64,000 nt of DNA from an uncultured Chloroflexia bacterium (GCA_963751345.1 CAVVUS010000018.1:160001-224000); one strand, 5' to 3'; positions 49,826 through 61,498 are shown, counted from the stretch's first letter. The notes: generated by a model not told the origin, from the letters alone. Program-made: numbers and translations.

Positions 49826-51186
49826 TCGTTGCTGGGCGGCAGCGTCTGGAAGGAGGCCAAGATCTGATCCATCTCATTTCGTGCTGCCTCGGGTAGATCG
49901 ATGTCTGCATAGGCCACTTGTTCCGGATCCTCCGTCAGTGCGATGTAGAACTCCAGGGCGTCATCCCTGTAGGTGAGGAACACCATCTTCACCTTGTCGT
50001 CGAGTACCAGCACGTTACGAGGCGCAGCTTCGTGCAGGAACGACGCGGTGCCGGCTTCCATGACCAGACCCTCGGGGGTTGTAGCGGGCCCGATAACGTC
50101 GGGGCTATCAGCCTGCTTGTACTGGACAGTCAGGATGTAGTTGTCCTGACGGAGGGTTAGCGTCGGGGCGTTGGGTGGTTCGGTTAGCTCTCGCAACGTC
50201 CAGGCGGGTGGGTAGCGGAAGCTAAACCCCGGCACCGTCTCCGTAGTGGTGTAGGTCTGCCACCCCGGATAGGGATCTGCCGAGGCTGCCTCGCCGATGC
50301 GATTGAACGTCGCGAGGATCCGGTCGAAGTCCTCCTGTGCGGAAGCCGGGATCTCTATGACATCATATGCCTCGTGCGCTCGAATGTCGTCCATCTGGAT
50401 GTAGAATTCCAGGTCACCGAATCTCTCTCCAACGAAGACCGCCTTGTCTTTACCTTCATAGACCAGCACGTGCTTCGGCAGGACTCGGTCGAGCAGGGTG
50501 ACCGTGCCACGGTCTTGGACCTCTCCGTCGGTAAGGCTCCCCGGCCCCAAGGTCGCTTCCTGCTCGGGTTTCTTGAACTCCACCCGGATCTCCATCGAGC
50601 CCTGGACGAGCCTGACGGCATCCGCCACCGGTTCGCCGGCGGAGTCGGGGGAGCGGTCCGTCAGCAGCTCGAGCGACCAGGTCGGCGGGTAGCTGAAGCC
50701 AAAGCCGTAATCCGCGTTGACGTACCGGGGCCAATCGGCCTGGGATTCGGGGGTGGATGTGGGAACCGGTGTCTCGGTCGGTGGAGCGACCGTCTCCTGG
50801 GTTGGGAGTGTGACCGTATCTTCGGGCGGAAGCGCGCCCGTGCAGCGCCAGTTGATCTCCGCCTGTCTTGTGTTGACGTCGACCACGCAGGCAGGAGCGC
50901 ATCCGGGTCGCTCGATATCCATATCGATCCACCAGGTGCCGGTGGTCGTATTGCATTGGGCGGTGTCGGTGAGACTCCCCTCGTCGACGCAAGGGCTCTC
51001 GCTCGCAATGACGACCGCCTCCTCGTATTCGAGCTCCGCACCGGTTTGATCGTCAACGCACAGACTCTCGGCGGGGCCGACCTCGGGTGGAAGCAGGGGG
51101 GGAGGCGTCTCCTTGGGCCCGCACGCGCTCATCACCACCATAATCGAGAGCAGACACCCGACAATCGCTACAAGTCGCTTGACCAT
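49822..51186 (-). CDS. Lipoprotein with a Cys-rich N-terminal domain and two PsbP-like repeats
   Basis: Lipobox MSAC; six-Cys domain; repeats W..Y....GFGFSYPPTW...FDRILATF and W..Y....GFSFRYPPAW...MDQILASF. Confidence 0.8.
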   Translation of the reverse strand: MVKRLVAIVGCLLSIMVVMSACGPKETPPPLLPPEVGPAESLCVDDQTGAELEYEEAVVIASESPCVDEGSLTDTAQCNTTTGTWWIDMDIERPGCAPACVVDVNTRQAEINWRCTGALPPEDTVTLPTQETVAPPTETPVPTSTPESQADWPRYVNADYGFGFSYPPTWSLELLTDRSPDSAGEPVADAVRLVQGSMEIRVEFKKPEQEATLGPGSLTDGEVQDRGTVTLLDRVLPKHVLVYEGKDKAVFVGERFGDLEFYIQMDDIRAHEAYDVIEIPASAQEDFDRILATFNRIGEAASADPYPGWQTYTTTETVPGFSFRYPPAWTLRELTEPPNAPTLTLRQDNYILTVQYKQADSPDVIGPATTPEGLVMEAGTASFLHEAAPRNVLVLDDKVKMVFLTYRDDALEFYIALTEDPEQVAYADIDLPEAARNEMDQILASFQTLPPSNE

Positions 51187-51393
51187 ATTGCCCTCCTCTT
51201 TGTCCTACCTGAGTATAAATACGATCTCGTGGTGTGGCAATCACAGGAGAGCTGAATAGGGGGTATGGGACAACCGCAGCGTTCTGTGTGTCATCTCCAC
51301 CGCCCTGTTCTTGAGTGCGTGGCTCTCCGTGCTACAATCGTAGCTCGTGCTCAGGAGCCGAATTCATGTCGAGGCAATAGTGTGGAGAAACGA

Positions 51394-53238
51394 GTGAACA
51401 ATCAGCATACAGGTGGGCGTCCCGTTGAGTTTTCTGTGGATCTACAGCCCACGGGGCGGCGGACATCGGTGCCTGCGGGCAAGACGCTTCTCGACGCGGC
51501 GCAGCGGGCCGGGGTCGAGATCGTCGCGGTTTGCGGCGGGGCAGGGTCGTGTGGGAAATGCCGAATCCAGCGAATTGAGGGTCTTCTTTCGCCGCCTACG
51601 GTCGATGAGCAGCGCTTTTTCAGGGAGGACGAGCTTGCTGCCGGATACCGGTTGGCGTGCCAGGCGCTTCCTTTGAGTGACGTGAAGATCAATATTCCTC
51701 CGGAGTCGCTCAGCACCCCACAGCGTCTTCAGGTGGAGGGTCAGGAAACGGAGATCACACCTGAACCTGTGATTGAAGTGGTGGATGTTGAGTTGGTACC
51801 GCCCAAGCTGCAGGATCTCCGGGCGGATACCGTGCGCCTCACCGATGCCCTGGCAGAGCGGGGAATGTCCCGCCCCTTCTTTGGCCAACCGGTGCTGCGC
51901 TCGCTCTCCACCAAACTACGCGCACAAGCCTGGTCCGGGCGTCTCGTATTGCGTCACCGGGGGCCGGGGCGAGAGACGGTCGGCCTGCTCCCGCGCGAGG
52001 AAGCCGTAGTCGGGCTTGCCGTGGACATTGGCACCACGAAGATTGCTGCCTACCTCGTCGATCTGTTCACCGGGCGAACACTGGCGATGGACGGGCTGAT
52101 GAACCCCCAGATAGCCTATGGCGAGGACGTCGTCAGCCGTATCGCCTATGCAAACGAGCACCCTGACGGTCGCCAGATCCTGCAGGAGCGGCTTGTCTCC
52201 GGCCTGAATGATCTGACAGGCAGTTTGTGTAAGACTGCGGGGGTGCGTCGAGACCAGGTCGTGGATGCGGTCGTCGTGGGCAACACGGCCATCCATCATC
52301 TCTTCTGCGGTCTGCCTGTGGAGCAATTGGGGGCTTCTCCCTACATCGCGGCGGTCAGTGAACCCCTGGATATTGAGGCGGTGGATCTGGGACTCGAGCT
52401 TTCACCGGGGGCGCAGGTCTACCTGCCCCCGAATATCGCGGGCTATGTGGGCGCGGATCACGTGTCGATGTTGTTGGCGACCGAGGCTTGGCGGGCCGAG
52501 GTGCCCACGATTGCTCTCGACATCGGCACGAACACGGAGATCAGCCTCGCGATGAACGGCGAGCTGCTCAGTTGCTCCTGTGCCTCCGGTCCGGCCTTTG
52601 AGGGCGCCCATATCCACGCAGGGATGCGAGCAGCGCCGGGCGCCGTGGAGTACGTGCAGATCACGCAAGACAGCATCCGCGTCCAGACCATTGGGAATCG
52701 CCCCGCGGTCGGGATCTGCGGGTCCGGTATTCTTGATGTCGTGGCCGGGCTGCGTGCGGCGAATATCGTCGGGTCGACCGGGCGCATGAATCAGAGTCAC
52801 CCCTGGGTCGTCCCCTGGCAAGGAGGCGGGGCATTTCGCCTGGTTCCGCAAGCGGGGACCGGTAATGGGCACGATCTGCTCGTCACCCGCCGTGACGTCA
52901 ATGAGATTCAACTTGCCAAGGGGGCGATACGCGCGGGGGTTGACGTCCTCCTCAATGAAGCTGGTCTGGGATATGATGATCTTGGAGCTTTCATCGTCGC
53001 CGGCGCTTTCGGGACCTACCTGGACCTGAAGAGCGCCACACAAATCGGCATGTTCCCGCCACTTCCCCTCAACCGCTTCAGGCAAGTGGGCAATGCTGCA
53101 GGCACCGGTGCCAGGCAGATGCTTATCTCGGGGGCGCGGCGACGTCTGGCGGAGGCCATCGTCGATCGGGTTCATTACATCGAACTCACGGCGCACCCAA
53201 GTTTCACCGACATCTACATGTCGGCAATGGTGCTCTGA
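51394..53238 (+). CDS. ASKHA-domain reductive activator of corrinoid proteins (RACo/RamA-like) with N-terminal 2Fe-2S domain
   Basis: CGGAGSCGKC...RLACQ, DIGTT, GEDVVSR, DIGTNTE, GPAFEG, GICGSG, AGAFG, VGNAA; start uncertain. Confidence 0.92.
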   Translation: MNNQHTGGRPVEFSVDLQPTGRRTSVPAGKTLLDAAQRAGVEIVAVCGGAGSCGKCRIQRIEGLLSPPTVDEQRFFREDELAAGYRLACQALPLSDVKINIPPESLSTPQRLQVEGQETEITPEPVIEVVDVELVPPKLQDLRADTVRLTDALAERGMSRPFFGQPVLRSLSTKLRAQAWSGRLVLRHRGPGRETVGLLPREEAVVGLAVDIGTTKIAAYLVDLFTGRTLAMDGLMNPQIAYGEDVVSRIAYANEHPDGRQILQERLVSGLNDLTGSLCKTAGVRRDQVVDAVVVGNTAIHHLFCGLPVEQLGASPYIAAVSEPLDIEAVDLGLELSPGAQVYLPPNIAGYVGADHVSMLLATEAWRAEVPTIALDIGTNTEISLAMNGELLSCSCASGPAFEGAHIHAGMRAAPGAVEYVQITQDSIRVQTIGNRPAVGICGSGILDVVAGLRAANIVGSTGRMNQSHPWVVPWQGGGAFRLVPQAGTGNGHDLLVTRRDVNEIQLAKGAIRAGVDVLLNEAGLGYDDLGAFIVAGAFGTYLDLKSATQIGMFPPLPLNRFRQVGNAAGTGARQMLISGARRRLAEAIVDRVHYIELTAHPSFTDIYMSAMVL

Positions 53239-53297
53239 TGGCAGGATCATAGGCCTCCGGATGCACCTGCAAATGTGATGGACCTCGGGAGGTGAAG

Positions 53298-54311
53298 ATG
53301 GCTGAGCTCCCTATTGTGGGCATCACCTTGGGAGATGTGGCTGGCATCGGTCCTGAGGTCGTCCTTAAGGCTCTGGGACACCCTGATGTCTACGATGTCT
53401 GTCGCCCGCTGGTCATTGGGGACGCACGTGTCGAGGGGTTGGAACGTTTGAACGTTCAAACGCTGCAATATGTCGACGCTCAGACGCTGGCCCGCCTGGA
53501 TTGGTCTCCGGGTAGCATAGTGTTGCTGGACCTTCACAACCTGGCGTTGGACGAGATCACGGTCGGGCAGCTCTGTCCCGCCGCGGGACGCGCTGCTGTG
53601 GAATACGTACTGCGGGCGACGGAGTTGGCTCAGAGCGGCGTGATAGATGCCGTGGCCACAGCACCACTGAACAAAGAGGCCATGCGGCTCGCCGGCTATC
53701 ATTACATCGGACATACTGAGATCCTGGCTGAGGTCACGGGAACTCTGCAGTGCACGACGATGTTGGCAACGCCGGGCCTGCGGGTGACTCACGTCACCCG
53801 CCACATCCCTTTTCGTGATATTGCGGCTCAAATCACGAAAGATAACGTCCTTGATACCATTCTCCTTACGCATGAGGGCATGCTGACGCTTGGTTACGGT
53901 CACCCCAGGTTGGCCGTGGCCGGCCTTAACCCTCACAATGGAGAAGGAGGTCTGATCGGCCGCGAGGAGATCGATGAGATCGCGCCGGCCGTGCGCACAG
54001 CGTTGGAAATGGGGATCGACGTGCACGGCCCTATTCCTGCCGATTCGGTTTTCTTCCAGGCGATTCGCGGCGACTACGACGTCGTCGTCACGATGTATCA
54101 CGATCAGGGCCACGTCGCGGTCAAGACCCATGGATTTGACCAATCCATCACGATTACGTTAGGACTCCCCATCATTCGCACGTCGGCGGACCACGGTACG
54201 GCCTTTGACATCGCAGGCCGAGGAATTGCGTCCGAAGCCAGCATGCTTGCCGCCATCACTGAGGCCGCGCGGATGGCCCAACAGCGCGCCAGTCGGCGCA
54301 TCGAGGCTTGA
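53298..54311 (+). CDS. pdxA: 4-hydroxythreonine-4-phosphate / 4-phosphothreonate dehydrogenase (PdxA family)
   Basis: GDVAGIGPE, TAPLNK, GHTE, LNPH, MYHDQG, RTSADHGTA. Confidence 0.93.
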   Translation: MAELPIVGITLGDVAGIGPEVVLKALGHPDVYDVCRPLVIGDARVEGLERLNVQTLQYVDAQTLARLDWSPGSIVLLDLHNLALDEITVGQLCPAAGRAAVEYVLRATELAQSGVIDAVATAPLNKEAMRLAGYHYIGHTEILAEVTGTLQCTTMLATPGLRVTHVTRHIPFRDIAAQITKDNVLDTILLTHEGMLTLGYGHPRLAVAGLNPHNGEGGLIGREEIDEIAPAVRTALEMGIDVHGPIPADSVFFQAIRGDYDVVVTMYHDQGHVAVKTHGFDQSITITLGLPIIRTSADHGTAFDIAGRGIASEASMLAAITEAARMAQQRASRRIEA

Positions 54312-54461
54312 GACAGTAGTATTGTTATCGAATCGTAACGTTACGTGTAATTGCGGCCGCCCCAACTATCGCCTATAATAAGTGTGCGAGGCTTGCACCC
54401 AGACGGGGGCCGGCCTGGCATACACGATGCGGGTGGATGAGTTAGGAGAGATCGTATCGAG

Positions 54462-56606
54462 ATGGCAGACGTAGGATCGGACAACTCCAATCGCTGTATC
54501 CTGATCGTAGACGACTCGCCTATGAGTCTGCGTCTCCTGACGCATATGGTCACGATGCACGGGTATCACGCGGAATCCATGGGCAGCGGGCGCGAGGCCC
54601 TTGACTTCGCGCTTTCCTCGCCGCCCGATCTGGTGTTGCTCGATATCATGATGCCCGACATGGATGGGTTCCAAGTCGCGGAGCAGTTGAAAGCTGACGA
54701 CAGGACCCGTGACATTCCCATCATCTTCATCAGCGCGCTCAGCGACGAGCAGAGCAAGGTCAAGGCTTTCACGGCCGGTGGGGTCGATTACGTATCCAAG
54801 CCCCTCCACGTCAACGAGGTCATCGCGCGCGTTGGGACCCATCTCAGACTGCGTGAGGCAACCCAGCGACTGCAGCACGAGCTTGTGGAGCGCGAGGATT
54901 TGATCGCCGAGCTCGATACTGTCAACGAACAACTCAAACAGGAGATTGTCGAGCGTGAGGCAGCCCAGAAAGCACGTGAGGCATCTCTTGAGCTATTACG
55001 TCGGGCCCTGGCAAAGTCAGAGGCCCTGTACCGTATCACCCGCTCGCTCATCACCAGTGAGGATATTCCGGAGATGCTGGAGACCGTGGCGGCTAGCGCC
55101 GCGCAAGCCCTACCGGCAGATCGCGTGATCGCGGTCACGTTGGATTTGGATGCCGAGGTGGTGACCGCCTTCGCCAAGGGCGGTCCCGGCGCCGATGCGG
55201 TGGGAGAGCCTTCGTATTCGGAGCTCATGGAGGGTCTGACGGGCTGGTCCGTAGAGCGTGTGCAGCCGGTGATCTCGCCAAAGGGCCAGCAGGACCCGAG
55301 GGAAAGCCCAATGGCCAGGCTTCGTCGCCAGGCGATGGAATGTGGCGGGATTTTGGTGGCCCCGCTCTGCTTCCAGGGCAGGATGATGGGCACGATGACC
55401 GCTATCAACCGTCCGGACCAACCTGATTTCGACGAAGAGGACCTGGCTCAACTCAATGCGATTGCCGGGCAGGCTGCCGTTGCCCTGGCCAACGCCAAGC
55501 TTTCAGACGAGACTGCCTATCTCAAGGAGTTCAACGAGGGGATTGTCCAGGGCGTCGCCGAGGCGATCCTTCTGACGGACACGAATCAGGAAGTTACTTT
55601 TGCCAACCCGGCTGCTGTGGCGATGCTTGGATACTCCCCGAATCGCCTCATTGGGCAGTCATGTGCGGCGTTGTTCCTATCAGATGAGGATGACGGGGTC
55701 GCGAAGGGTGTGACCGCCTGTAGGGAAGGCGTTGCGGCCCGCTTCGAGACACTCTTGCGGGCCCAGGACGGGTCTCCACTGCCCGTTCTGGCGAGTATGC
55801 GCCCACTCTATCAAGACGATGTCGTGACCGGCAGCCTCGTGGCCCTGACGGATATCACCGAGATCAAACAAGCGGAAAAACAACTTCGGCAGTACGCGTC
55901 CGATCTGGAGGCGCAGAATGCCGAACTGGACGCCTTCGCCCATACGGTGGCCCACGATCTGCGAAGTCCTCTCACCGGTATCATCGGGTTCGTCGATCTC
56001 CTGGAGGCCACCATTTCCAGGTATCAGGACGCGGAAATGCTGGAGTATGTCCAGTATCTGCAGCGCAACAGTGCCAAGATGAACAACATCATTGACGAGT
56101 TGTTATTGCTTGCCACCGTCCGTGCAGTTGATGAAGTTGAGGTTAGCCCTTTGAACATGGGGCGTATTGTCCGTGAGGCGAGGAGTCGACTGGACTATCT
56201 GATCGACGAGTACGGGGCGGAGCTGTCGATCGGTGACGTGTGGCCGTCGGCTATGGGCTATGGCCCGTGGGTGGAGGAGGTGTGGGTAAACTACCTGAGC
56301 AATGCCGTGAAGTACGGTGGGAATCCGGACAACGGCATTCCTCCGCAGATACACCTCGGCGTCGATGAGCAAAACGGGAATGGTCAGGTCCGCTTCTGGG
56401 TGCGCGATAACGGGCAGGGGCTAAGCCCAGAACAACAGCAGCAGCTTTTCACGCCGTTTGAGCGGCTGCACAACGTGCGGGCTGAGGGCCATGGACTTGG
56501 GCTCTCCATTGTGCGCAGAATTCTCGAAAAACTGGGCGGCCACGCTGGCGTCGAAAGCACCCCGGGTGAGGGAAGCGCCTTCTACTTTACGCTGCCCAGG
56601 GCCTGA
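54462..56606 (+). CDS. Hybrid sensor kinase (REC-GAF-PAS-HisKA-HATPase)
   Basis: LIVDD, LLDIMMP, KP; GAF; PAS (NPAA); AHDLRSP; DNGQG, GLGLSIV. Confidence 0.93.
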   Translation: MADVGSDNSNRCILIVDDSPMSLRLLTHMVTMHGYHAESMGSGREALDFALSSPPDLVLLDIMMPDMDGFQVAEQLKADDRTRDIPIIFISALSDEQSKVKAFTAGGVDYVSKPLHVNEVIARVGTHLRLREATQRLQHELVEREDLIAELDTVNEQLKQEIVEREAAQKAREASLELLRRALAKSEALYRITRSLITSEDIPEMLETVAASAAQALPADRVIAVTLDLDAEVVTAFAKGGPGADAVGEPSYSELMEGLTGWSVERVQPVISPKGQQDPRESPMARLRRQAMECGGILVAPLCFQGRMMGTMTAINRPDQPDFDEEDLAQLNAIAGQAAVALANAKLSDETAYLKEFNEGIVQGVAEAILLTDTNQEVTFANPAAVAMLGYSPNRLIGQSCAALFLSDEDDGVAKGVTACREGVAARFETLLRAQDGSPLPVLASMRPLYQDDVVTGSLVALTDITEIKQAEKQLRQYASDLEAQNAELDAFAHTVAHDLRSPLTGIIGFVDLLEATISRYQDAEMLEYVQYLQRNSAKMNNIIDELLLLATVRAVDEVEVSPLNMGRIVREARSRLDYLIDEYGAELSIGDVWPSAMGYGPWVEEVWVNYLSNAVKYGGNPDNGIPPQIHLGVDEQNGNGQVRFWVRDNGQGLSPEQQQQLFTPFERLHNVRAEGHGLGLSIVRRILEKLGGHAGVESTPGEGSAFYFTLPRA

Positions 56607-56646
56607 GAAACGGGCGCAGTTGTCAGATGGCGGAGGAGGGATCGGA

Positions 56647-58299
56647 ATGAGTGTCAGTGAGCTGGCGGGAAAGAAGGCTCCCCGAGAGCTGTTGGTCGAT
56701 GTGCCCCGGCTGGTGGCGATGTACTACACGCTGCACCCTGACCCGACTGTGCGCGCCCAGCGTGTAGCGTTTGGCACGTCCGGGCATCGGGGCTCCTCGT
56801 TAGAGGTCGGTTTCAACGAGGATCATATCCTGGCGACGGCACAGGCCGTCTGTGAGATCCGGAAGGCTAACGGTGTCACCGGCCCCTTGTTTGTAGGACG
56901 GGACACCCATGCGCTCTCTGAACCGGCGCTCGACACGGCCCTCGAGGTCTTTGCGGCCAACGGCGTGGACGTGATGGTGCAGGAGGGCAGGGGGTACACG
57001 CCGACACCTGTCATCTCCCACGCGATCCTGACCTTCAACCGGGGGCGTGACGCCGGACTGGCCGATGGTGTGGTGATCACACCCTCGCATAATCCGCCGG
57101 CGGATGGTGGCTTCAAGTACAATCCCCCGGAGGGCGGTCCCGCCGATACGCAGACCACCCGGCGTATCCAGGAACGGGCCAACGAGATCCTGGAGAAGGG
57201 CATGGAGGGTGTCAGGCGAGTTCCCCTGGTCAGGGCACTTAACGCCGAGACGACCCATCAGCACGACTACGTCATGCCCTACGTGACCGACCTGAAGAAC
57301 GTGCTGGATATGGAGGCCATCGCCGCGGCGGGCCTCAAGATCGGCGTCGATCCCCTCGGCGGCGCGTCTGTGGGGTTCTGGGACCCGATTGCCGAGACCT
57401 ACGGTCTTGACTTGGAGGTTGTAAACCGCGTTGTGGATCCCACCTTCTCGTTTATGACGGTCGACCATGACGGCCAGATCCGGATGGATTGCTCCTCACC
57501 CTATGCGATGGCAAGTCTCATCGACTTGAGGGACCAGTTCGATATCGCGTTTGGTGCCGACCCGGATGCGGACCGGCACGGGATTGTCACGCGCAGCGTC
57601 GGGCTGATGAACCCAAACCACTATCTCTCGGTCGCCGTCTGGTATCTCTACCAAAACCGCCCTGCGTGGGGTGATGATGTCGCGGTGGGAAAGACGCTCG
57701 TCTCCAGTTCGGTCATCGATCGCGTCGTCTCGGATCTCGGTCGTCGGCTGTGTGAAGTCCCGGTGGGGTTCAAGTACTTCTCCGATGGGCTCTACTCGGG
57801 AGCCCTGGGCTTCGGGGGTGAGGAGAGCGCCGGTGGCTCTTTCCTGCGGAAGGATGGCACCGTCTGGACGACGGATAAGGACGGCATCATCCTCGACTTG
57901 CTGGCGGCTGAGATCATGGCCAAGACCGGTCGCGATCCGGGAGAGCACTACCAGGCGTTGGAGGCTCGCTTCGGCCACTCGGTCTACGAGCGCATCGATG
58001 CGCCCGCCACCGTTGCACAGAAGGCGGTGCTGGCCGATCTCTCCCCCGAAAGTGTCGAGGAGCAGAACCTGGCGGGCGAGAAGATCGTCGCGAAGCTCAC
58101 CCGTGCGCCATGCAACGACGCACCCATCGGCGGACTCAAGGTTGTGGCCGAGAACGGGTGGTTCGCTGCCCGTCCCTCGGGTACCGAGGATATCTACAAG
58201 ATCTACGCGGAGAGCTTTAAGGGCTCCGAGCACCTCAAGAGGGTCCAGAAAGAAGCCCAGGCCATCGTAGCCGCGGCTTTCAAAACAGCCGGCGTCTGA
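56647..58299 (+). CDS. pgm: Phosphoglucomutase (alpha-D-glucose-1,6-bisphosphate dependent)
   Basis: [32 protein letters not shown]. Confidence 0.96.
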   Translation: MSVSELAGKKAPRELLVDVPRLVAMYYTLHPDPTVRAQRVAFGTSGHRGSSLEVGFNEDHILATAQAVCEIRKANGVTGPLFVGRDTHALSEPALDTALEVFAANGVDVMVQEGRGYTPTPVISHAILTFNRGRDAGLADGVVITPSHNPPADGGFKYNPPEGGPADTQTTRRIQERANEILEKGMEGVRRVPLVRALNAETTHQHDYVMPYVTDLKNVLDMEAIAAAGLKIGVDPLGGASVGFWDPIAETYGLDLEVVNRVVDPTFSFMTVDHDGQIRMDCSSPYAMASLIDLRDQFDIAFGADPDADRHGIVTRSVGLMNPNHYLSVAVWYLYQNRPAWGDDVAVGKTLVSSSVIDRVVSDLGRRLCEVPVGFKYFSDGLYSGALGFGGEESAGGSFLRKDGTVWTTDKDGIILDLLAAEIMAKTGRDPGEHYQALEARFGHSVYERIDAPATVAQKAVLADLSPESVEEQNLAGEKIVAKLTRAPCNDAPIGGLKVVAENGWFAARPSGTEDIYKIYAESFKGSEHLKRVQKEAQAIVAAAFKTAGV

Positions 58300-58310
58300 T
58301 TCCCACAAGC

Positions 58311-58372
58311 AAGACCTTTGGGGTTTCCTTGTCGAGCAGATGCCCACTCGACAGGAAGACCCCAAAGGTCTT
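58311..58372. repeat. REP-like palindrome, ACCTTTGGGGT family, copy 2; may also act as a bidirectional terminator
   Basis: AAGACCTTTGGGGT...TGTCGAG-N10-CTCGACA...ACCCCAAAGGTCTT between convergent genes. Confidence 0.65.
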
Positions 58373-58397
58373 AGACTAGCAACGATCCAACACCTCT

Positions 58398-59954
58398 TTA
58401 CGGCTGAATCACCACCGTGACCCCCACTTCCGCCCAATCGTAGAGCGTTTCCGCTGCAGGGATGCCCAGGATGATGCAGCCGAAGGACGCCGGGTGCCCG
58501 AGTGACCCTTCCCAGAGCCGGTTGCCGCTCGCAAGGATCGGCAGCTCGTGGAATCCATTCTCCACGCCGCCGCCCGCCGAGTAGACAGAGAGAAAATACG
58601 GCATCCACAGATCCCATTGGGAGGCGTAGGCCTTTTCGTATTTGCCGAGTATCTGGAAGGTCCCCGCGTCGGTTGGCGAATCCTTTATCCCGGTCGAGAC
58701 CGTCCAGTCCCAAAGCAGGGCCCCATTTTCGTACACCCAGGTGTGCTGCTCGGCCAAGCTCACGACGACCTTCTTGCCGAGAACCGGCATATTCGGCGTC
58801 AGGATGTCCTGGGAGGGGATGTGGATCTCCTGCCCGACGGAAAGCTTGTTGATATCGATGTCGGTATTGGCTTCAGCAACCAACCCTGGGGGCATGCCAA
58901 ACTTCCCCGACAGGCTCGTGAGGGTATCCCCCGCCTCCACGGCATAGGTGCGCTCAGGATGAGTCAGATAGAGCCAGAGGGTGGTCGCGCCGGCGTCGAA
59001 GGCGTCAAACACCTTGCCGGCAGCCTCGTCGTACCGGAAGCCTCTCCCGTCGCCCAGACCTGATGCAAGGCCGACGAGTGTATCCCGAATCGCGTACTGA
59101 TTGATGTCGACGGACGGCTTTCCTCCCTCCCCCGGCACCAGGTAAAGCCACGTTCCGATGTCATCGCGGCCCAGGGTCCAACTCAACGTTTCGTCCGTGA
59201 GGACGTCATATGTCATCAATGTGATCTGGCGTGAGACCAACACTTCGGCCTCAGCTTTGATATCGCCTGCATCTAGCTCTGCGGGAGGCGTGGTCTGGAA
59301 GGCCAGGGGGACCTCCACGCGATAGGGCGTGCCGCTGGCCTCGCGCAGTTTGGCAAGCGTCGTCGGAATGTCTACCACGCGGCCCGTTTGGCCGGGAACG
59401 ATCACGATCTCCCCGTTCTCCAGCTTGAGCGAGGGGTCAACGGTCGGCTGCGAGATCTCCTGGTCGACCTCTGTCAGCAGCGTACGTGCGGCTGTTGTGT
59501 CGAAGAGGAAGCGCGGAGCGACGTCACGATAGTAAAGCCAAACCTCGGCTTGCTCCTGCCAGTTCCCGCCGCGGCCCACGTTGTAGGCGGCCTGGGCTGT
59601 TCCTTGGACGTCAACCCGCAGGCCACCCATCGACCAGGGATAGGACCAGCGTTGCTCGCCATCCGTGAGCACCAGCAAGCCGGTATCCACCTGATCGGCG
59701 ACACCTTCCAGCGCCGCAGCCGCCTCGTCGACGGACATGCCCCCAAGATCGATGCCGAGGGCATAGACGTTGGGATAGACGTGGTCTCTGTAGATGCGGT
59801 CCATCCGTTGCACGAAGACCCAGCCACAGAAGACGCTGAGGCCGATGAGCATGGCGAGCAGGACGAAAGCCAGCCCGGCAACCCCGACGGCGCTCTCCGG
59901 CTTGGCCGATGCGACAGTCCTGCTTGCTGCTTGGCGCGATGTACTTGCGACCAT
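58398..59954 (-). CDS. L,D-transpeptidase with PG_binding_4-like and LysM domains
   Basis: N-terminal TM, VYPNVYALGIDLGG, YAVEAGDTL LysM, GFHELP...SFGCIIL. Confidence 0.88.
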   Translation of the reverse strand: MVASTSRQAASRTVASAKPESAVGVAGLAFVLLAMLIGLSVFCGWVFVQRMDRIYRDHVYPNVYALGIDLGGMSVDEAAAALEGVADQVDTGLLVLTDGEQRWSYPWSMGGLRVDVQGTAQAAYNVGRGGNWQEQAEVWLYYRDVAPRFLFDTTAARTLLTEVDQEISQPTVDPSLKLENGEIVIVPGQTGRVVDIPTTLAKLREASGTPYRVEVPLAFQTTPPAELDAGDIKAEAEVLVSRQITLMTYDVLTDETLSWTLGRDDIGTWLYLVPGEGGKPSVDINQYAIRDTLVGLASGLGDGRGFRYDEAAGKVFDAFDAGATTLWLYLTHPERTYAVEAGDTLTSLSGKFGMPPGLVAEANTDIDINKLSVGQEIHIPSQDILTPNMPVLGKKVVVSLAEQHTWVYENGALLWDWTVSTGIKDSPTDAGTFQILGKYEKAYASQWDLWMPYFLSVYSAGGGVENGFHELPILASGNRLWEGSLGHPASFGCIILGIPAAETLYDWAEVGVTVVIQP

Positions 59955-60050
59955 CCGTCCCCCTCACTACCTACATTATTACCCTAAGTATAGCACACCA
60001 TTGTCTTCTAATTTACCAACGTCTCAGCGCCGAGGAAGGTTCCATCTACC

Positions 60051-61478
60051 TCAGGGCGCATCCGCGCGGGCTTCCTGAGCCGCGTGTTTCTTTGCGTGGA
60101 GCGAGAGCACCTCGCGTTGCACCTGGGCCAGATAGTCGCCGCGGAGTGGGTACCATTGCAGGATAACGGCCCCCAGGATCATGGCAATGCCGGGGATCAG
60201 GCCGATAAGGGCCTTGATGCCCCACAGGGCGTTGGGCGGTTGGTTCAGCGTGATCTGCCCCTGGTTTGCCTCGCGCGTCACGAAGTTAGTGGCCTGCAGC
60301 ACAAACGGGAGAAGGGCCAGCGCCACAGACTGCGCCGGCTTGGTCAGTAGTGCGTTGACGCCGAAGAAGGCACCCTCACGGCGCACTCCTGAACGCAGCT
60401 CATCCTCGTCGGTCACCTGGGCGAAAAGCACGTTGGTAAGCGTCTGTGGCCCCGAGAGGCCGAATCCTGCGACGATCAAACATAGCGGGATCAGTGATGT
60501 GGGCACCACCATGATGAGGAGCAAGGCTACCCCGGCGATGAACAACAGCAGACGCTGGGCGCCGACCACACCCAACCGGCGACGAATGAGCGTCGTAACC
60601 GGGACGCCGATGATAAGGGGCACAAAGAGGCACCCGACCAGGATCATAGCGTTCATCTGCAGCACGTAGTCGGCGGCGTAGAAGAGCGCCCCCAGAAGCA
60701 GCGACTGCATCAGGATCGACATGAAGTTCTGGGCGACGAGGATCAAGAATGACCGGCTCGTGAGGGTGTACTTCAGGGCCGGACCCAGTTTGAGAGGCTC
60801 ATCGAGTTCGTGAAACTCCGGGCGCTCTCGCACCCGGAGCGTGGTCAGGATGATCATCGTGGCGCTGAAGATCCCGACCACGATCATCGAAAGCTGAAGC
60901 GGTGCAAACGACAACGAGGTGCCTGCCTTGGGTCGGAAGAAATCGGGGATGACGAACCCCAGGATCATCCCCAGGAGGCCGAAGAGCGAAGACGAGATCT
61001 GGAGCCCATTGCGCTCGGCATCCGACTCGGTGACCTCGGGCAGCAGCGCCGAATAGACCAGGCCTACGATCGTGTACGCAGTGTCATAGAGGAGCATCGC
61101 CGCGAGCATCCAGGCGAAAATCGCGCCCTGTCCTGCTCGTTGAGGTGCAAACCACACCAGGATGAAGGTGAGCGCGAGGAACGGCGCCGTGTAGCGCATG
61201 TAGGGGATGCGTCGCCCCATGCGTGACTTGGTGCTGTCGGTGATATAGCCGAACAGCGGGTCGTTGATCGCATTCCAGATGGCGTAGATGGTGGATGCGA
61301 TGGCGATCCAGCGAGCCGTGAGGCCCAGATAATCCTGGTAGAAGATGGGCAGAAGGGCGCCATACGTGCCCGAGACGAATGAGGTGCCCAGGGCGGCAAC
61401 GCCCCATTGCACCTTGTAGCCGAGTTTCAGTTTGACCGCTCCCTCTGCGGGCACCTTCTGCGCAAGCGTGGCTCCCAT
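60051..61478 (-). CDS. MFS transporter, glycoside-pentoside-hexuronide (MelB-like) family
   Basis: WNAINDPLFGYITD...RMGRRIPY, DEDELRSGVRREG, YPL. Confidence 0.9.
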   Translation of the reverse strand: MGATLAQKVPAEGAVKLKLGYKVQWGVAALGTSFVSGTYGALLPIFYQDYLGLTARWIAIASTIYAIWNAINDPLFGYITDSTKSRMGRRIPYMRYTAPFLALTFILVWFAPQRAGQGAIFAWMLAAMLLYDTAYTIVGLVYSALLPEVTESDAERNGLQISSSLFGLLGMILGFVIPDFFRPKAGTSLSFAPLQLSMIVVGIFSATMIILTTLRVRERPEFHELDEPLKLGPALKYTLTSRSFLILVAQNFMSILMQSLLLGALFYAADYVLQMNAMILVGCLFVPLIIGVPVTTLIRRRLGVVGAQRLLLFIAGVALLLIMVVPTSLIPLCLIVAGFGLSGPQTLTNVLFAQVTDEDELRSGVRREGAFFGVNALLTKPAQSVALALLPFVLQATNFVTREANQGQITLNQPPNALWGIKALIGLIPGIAMILGAVILQWYPLRGDYLAQVQREVLSLHAKKHAAQEARADAP

Positions 61479-61498
61479 TTTCCGCCTCCAAGGGTGAG

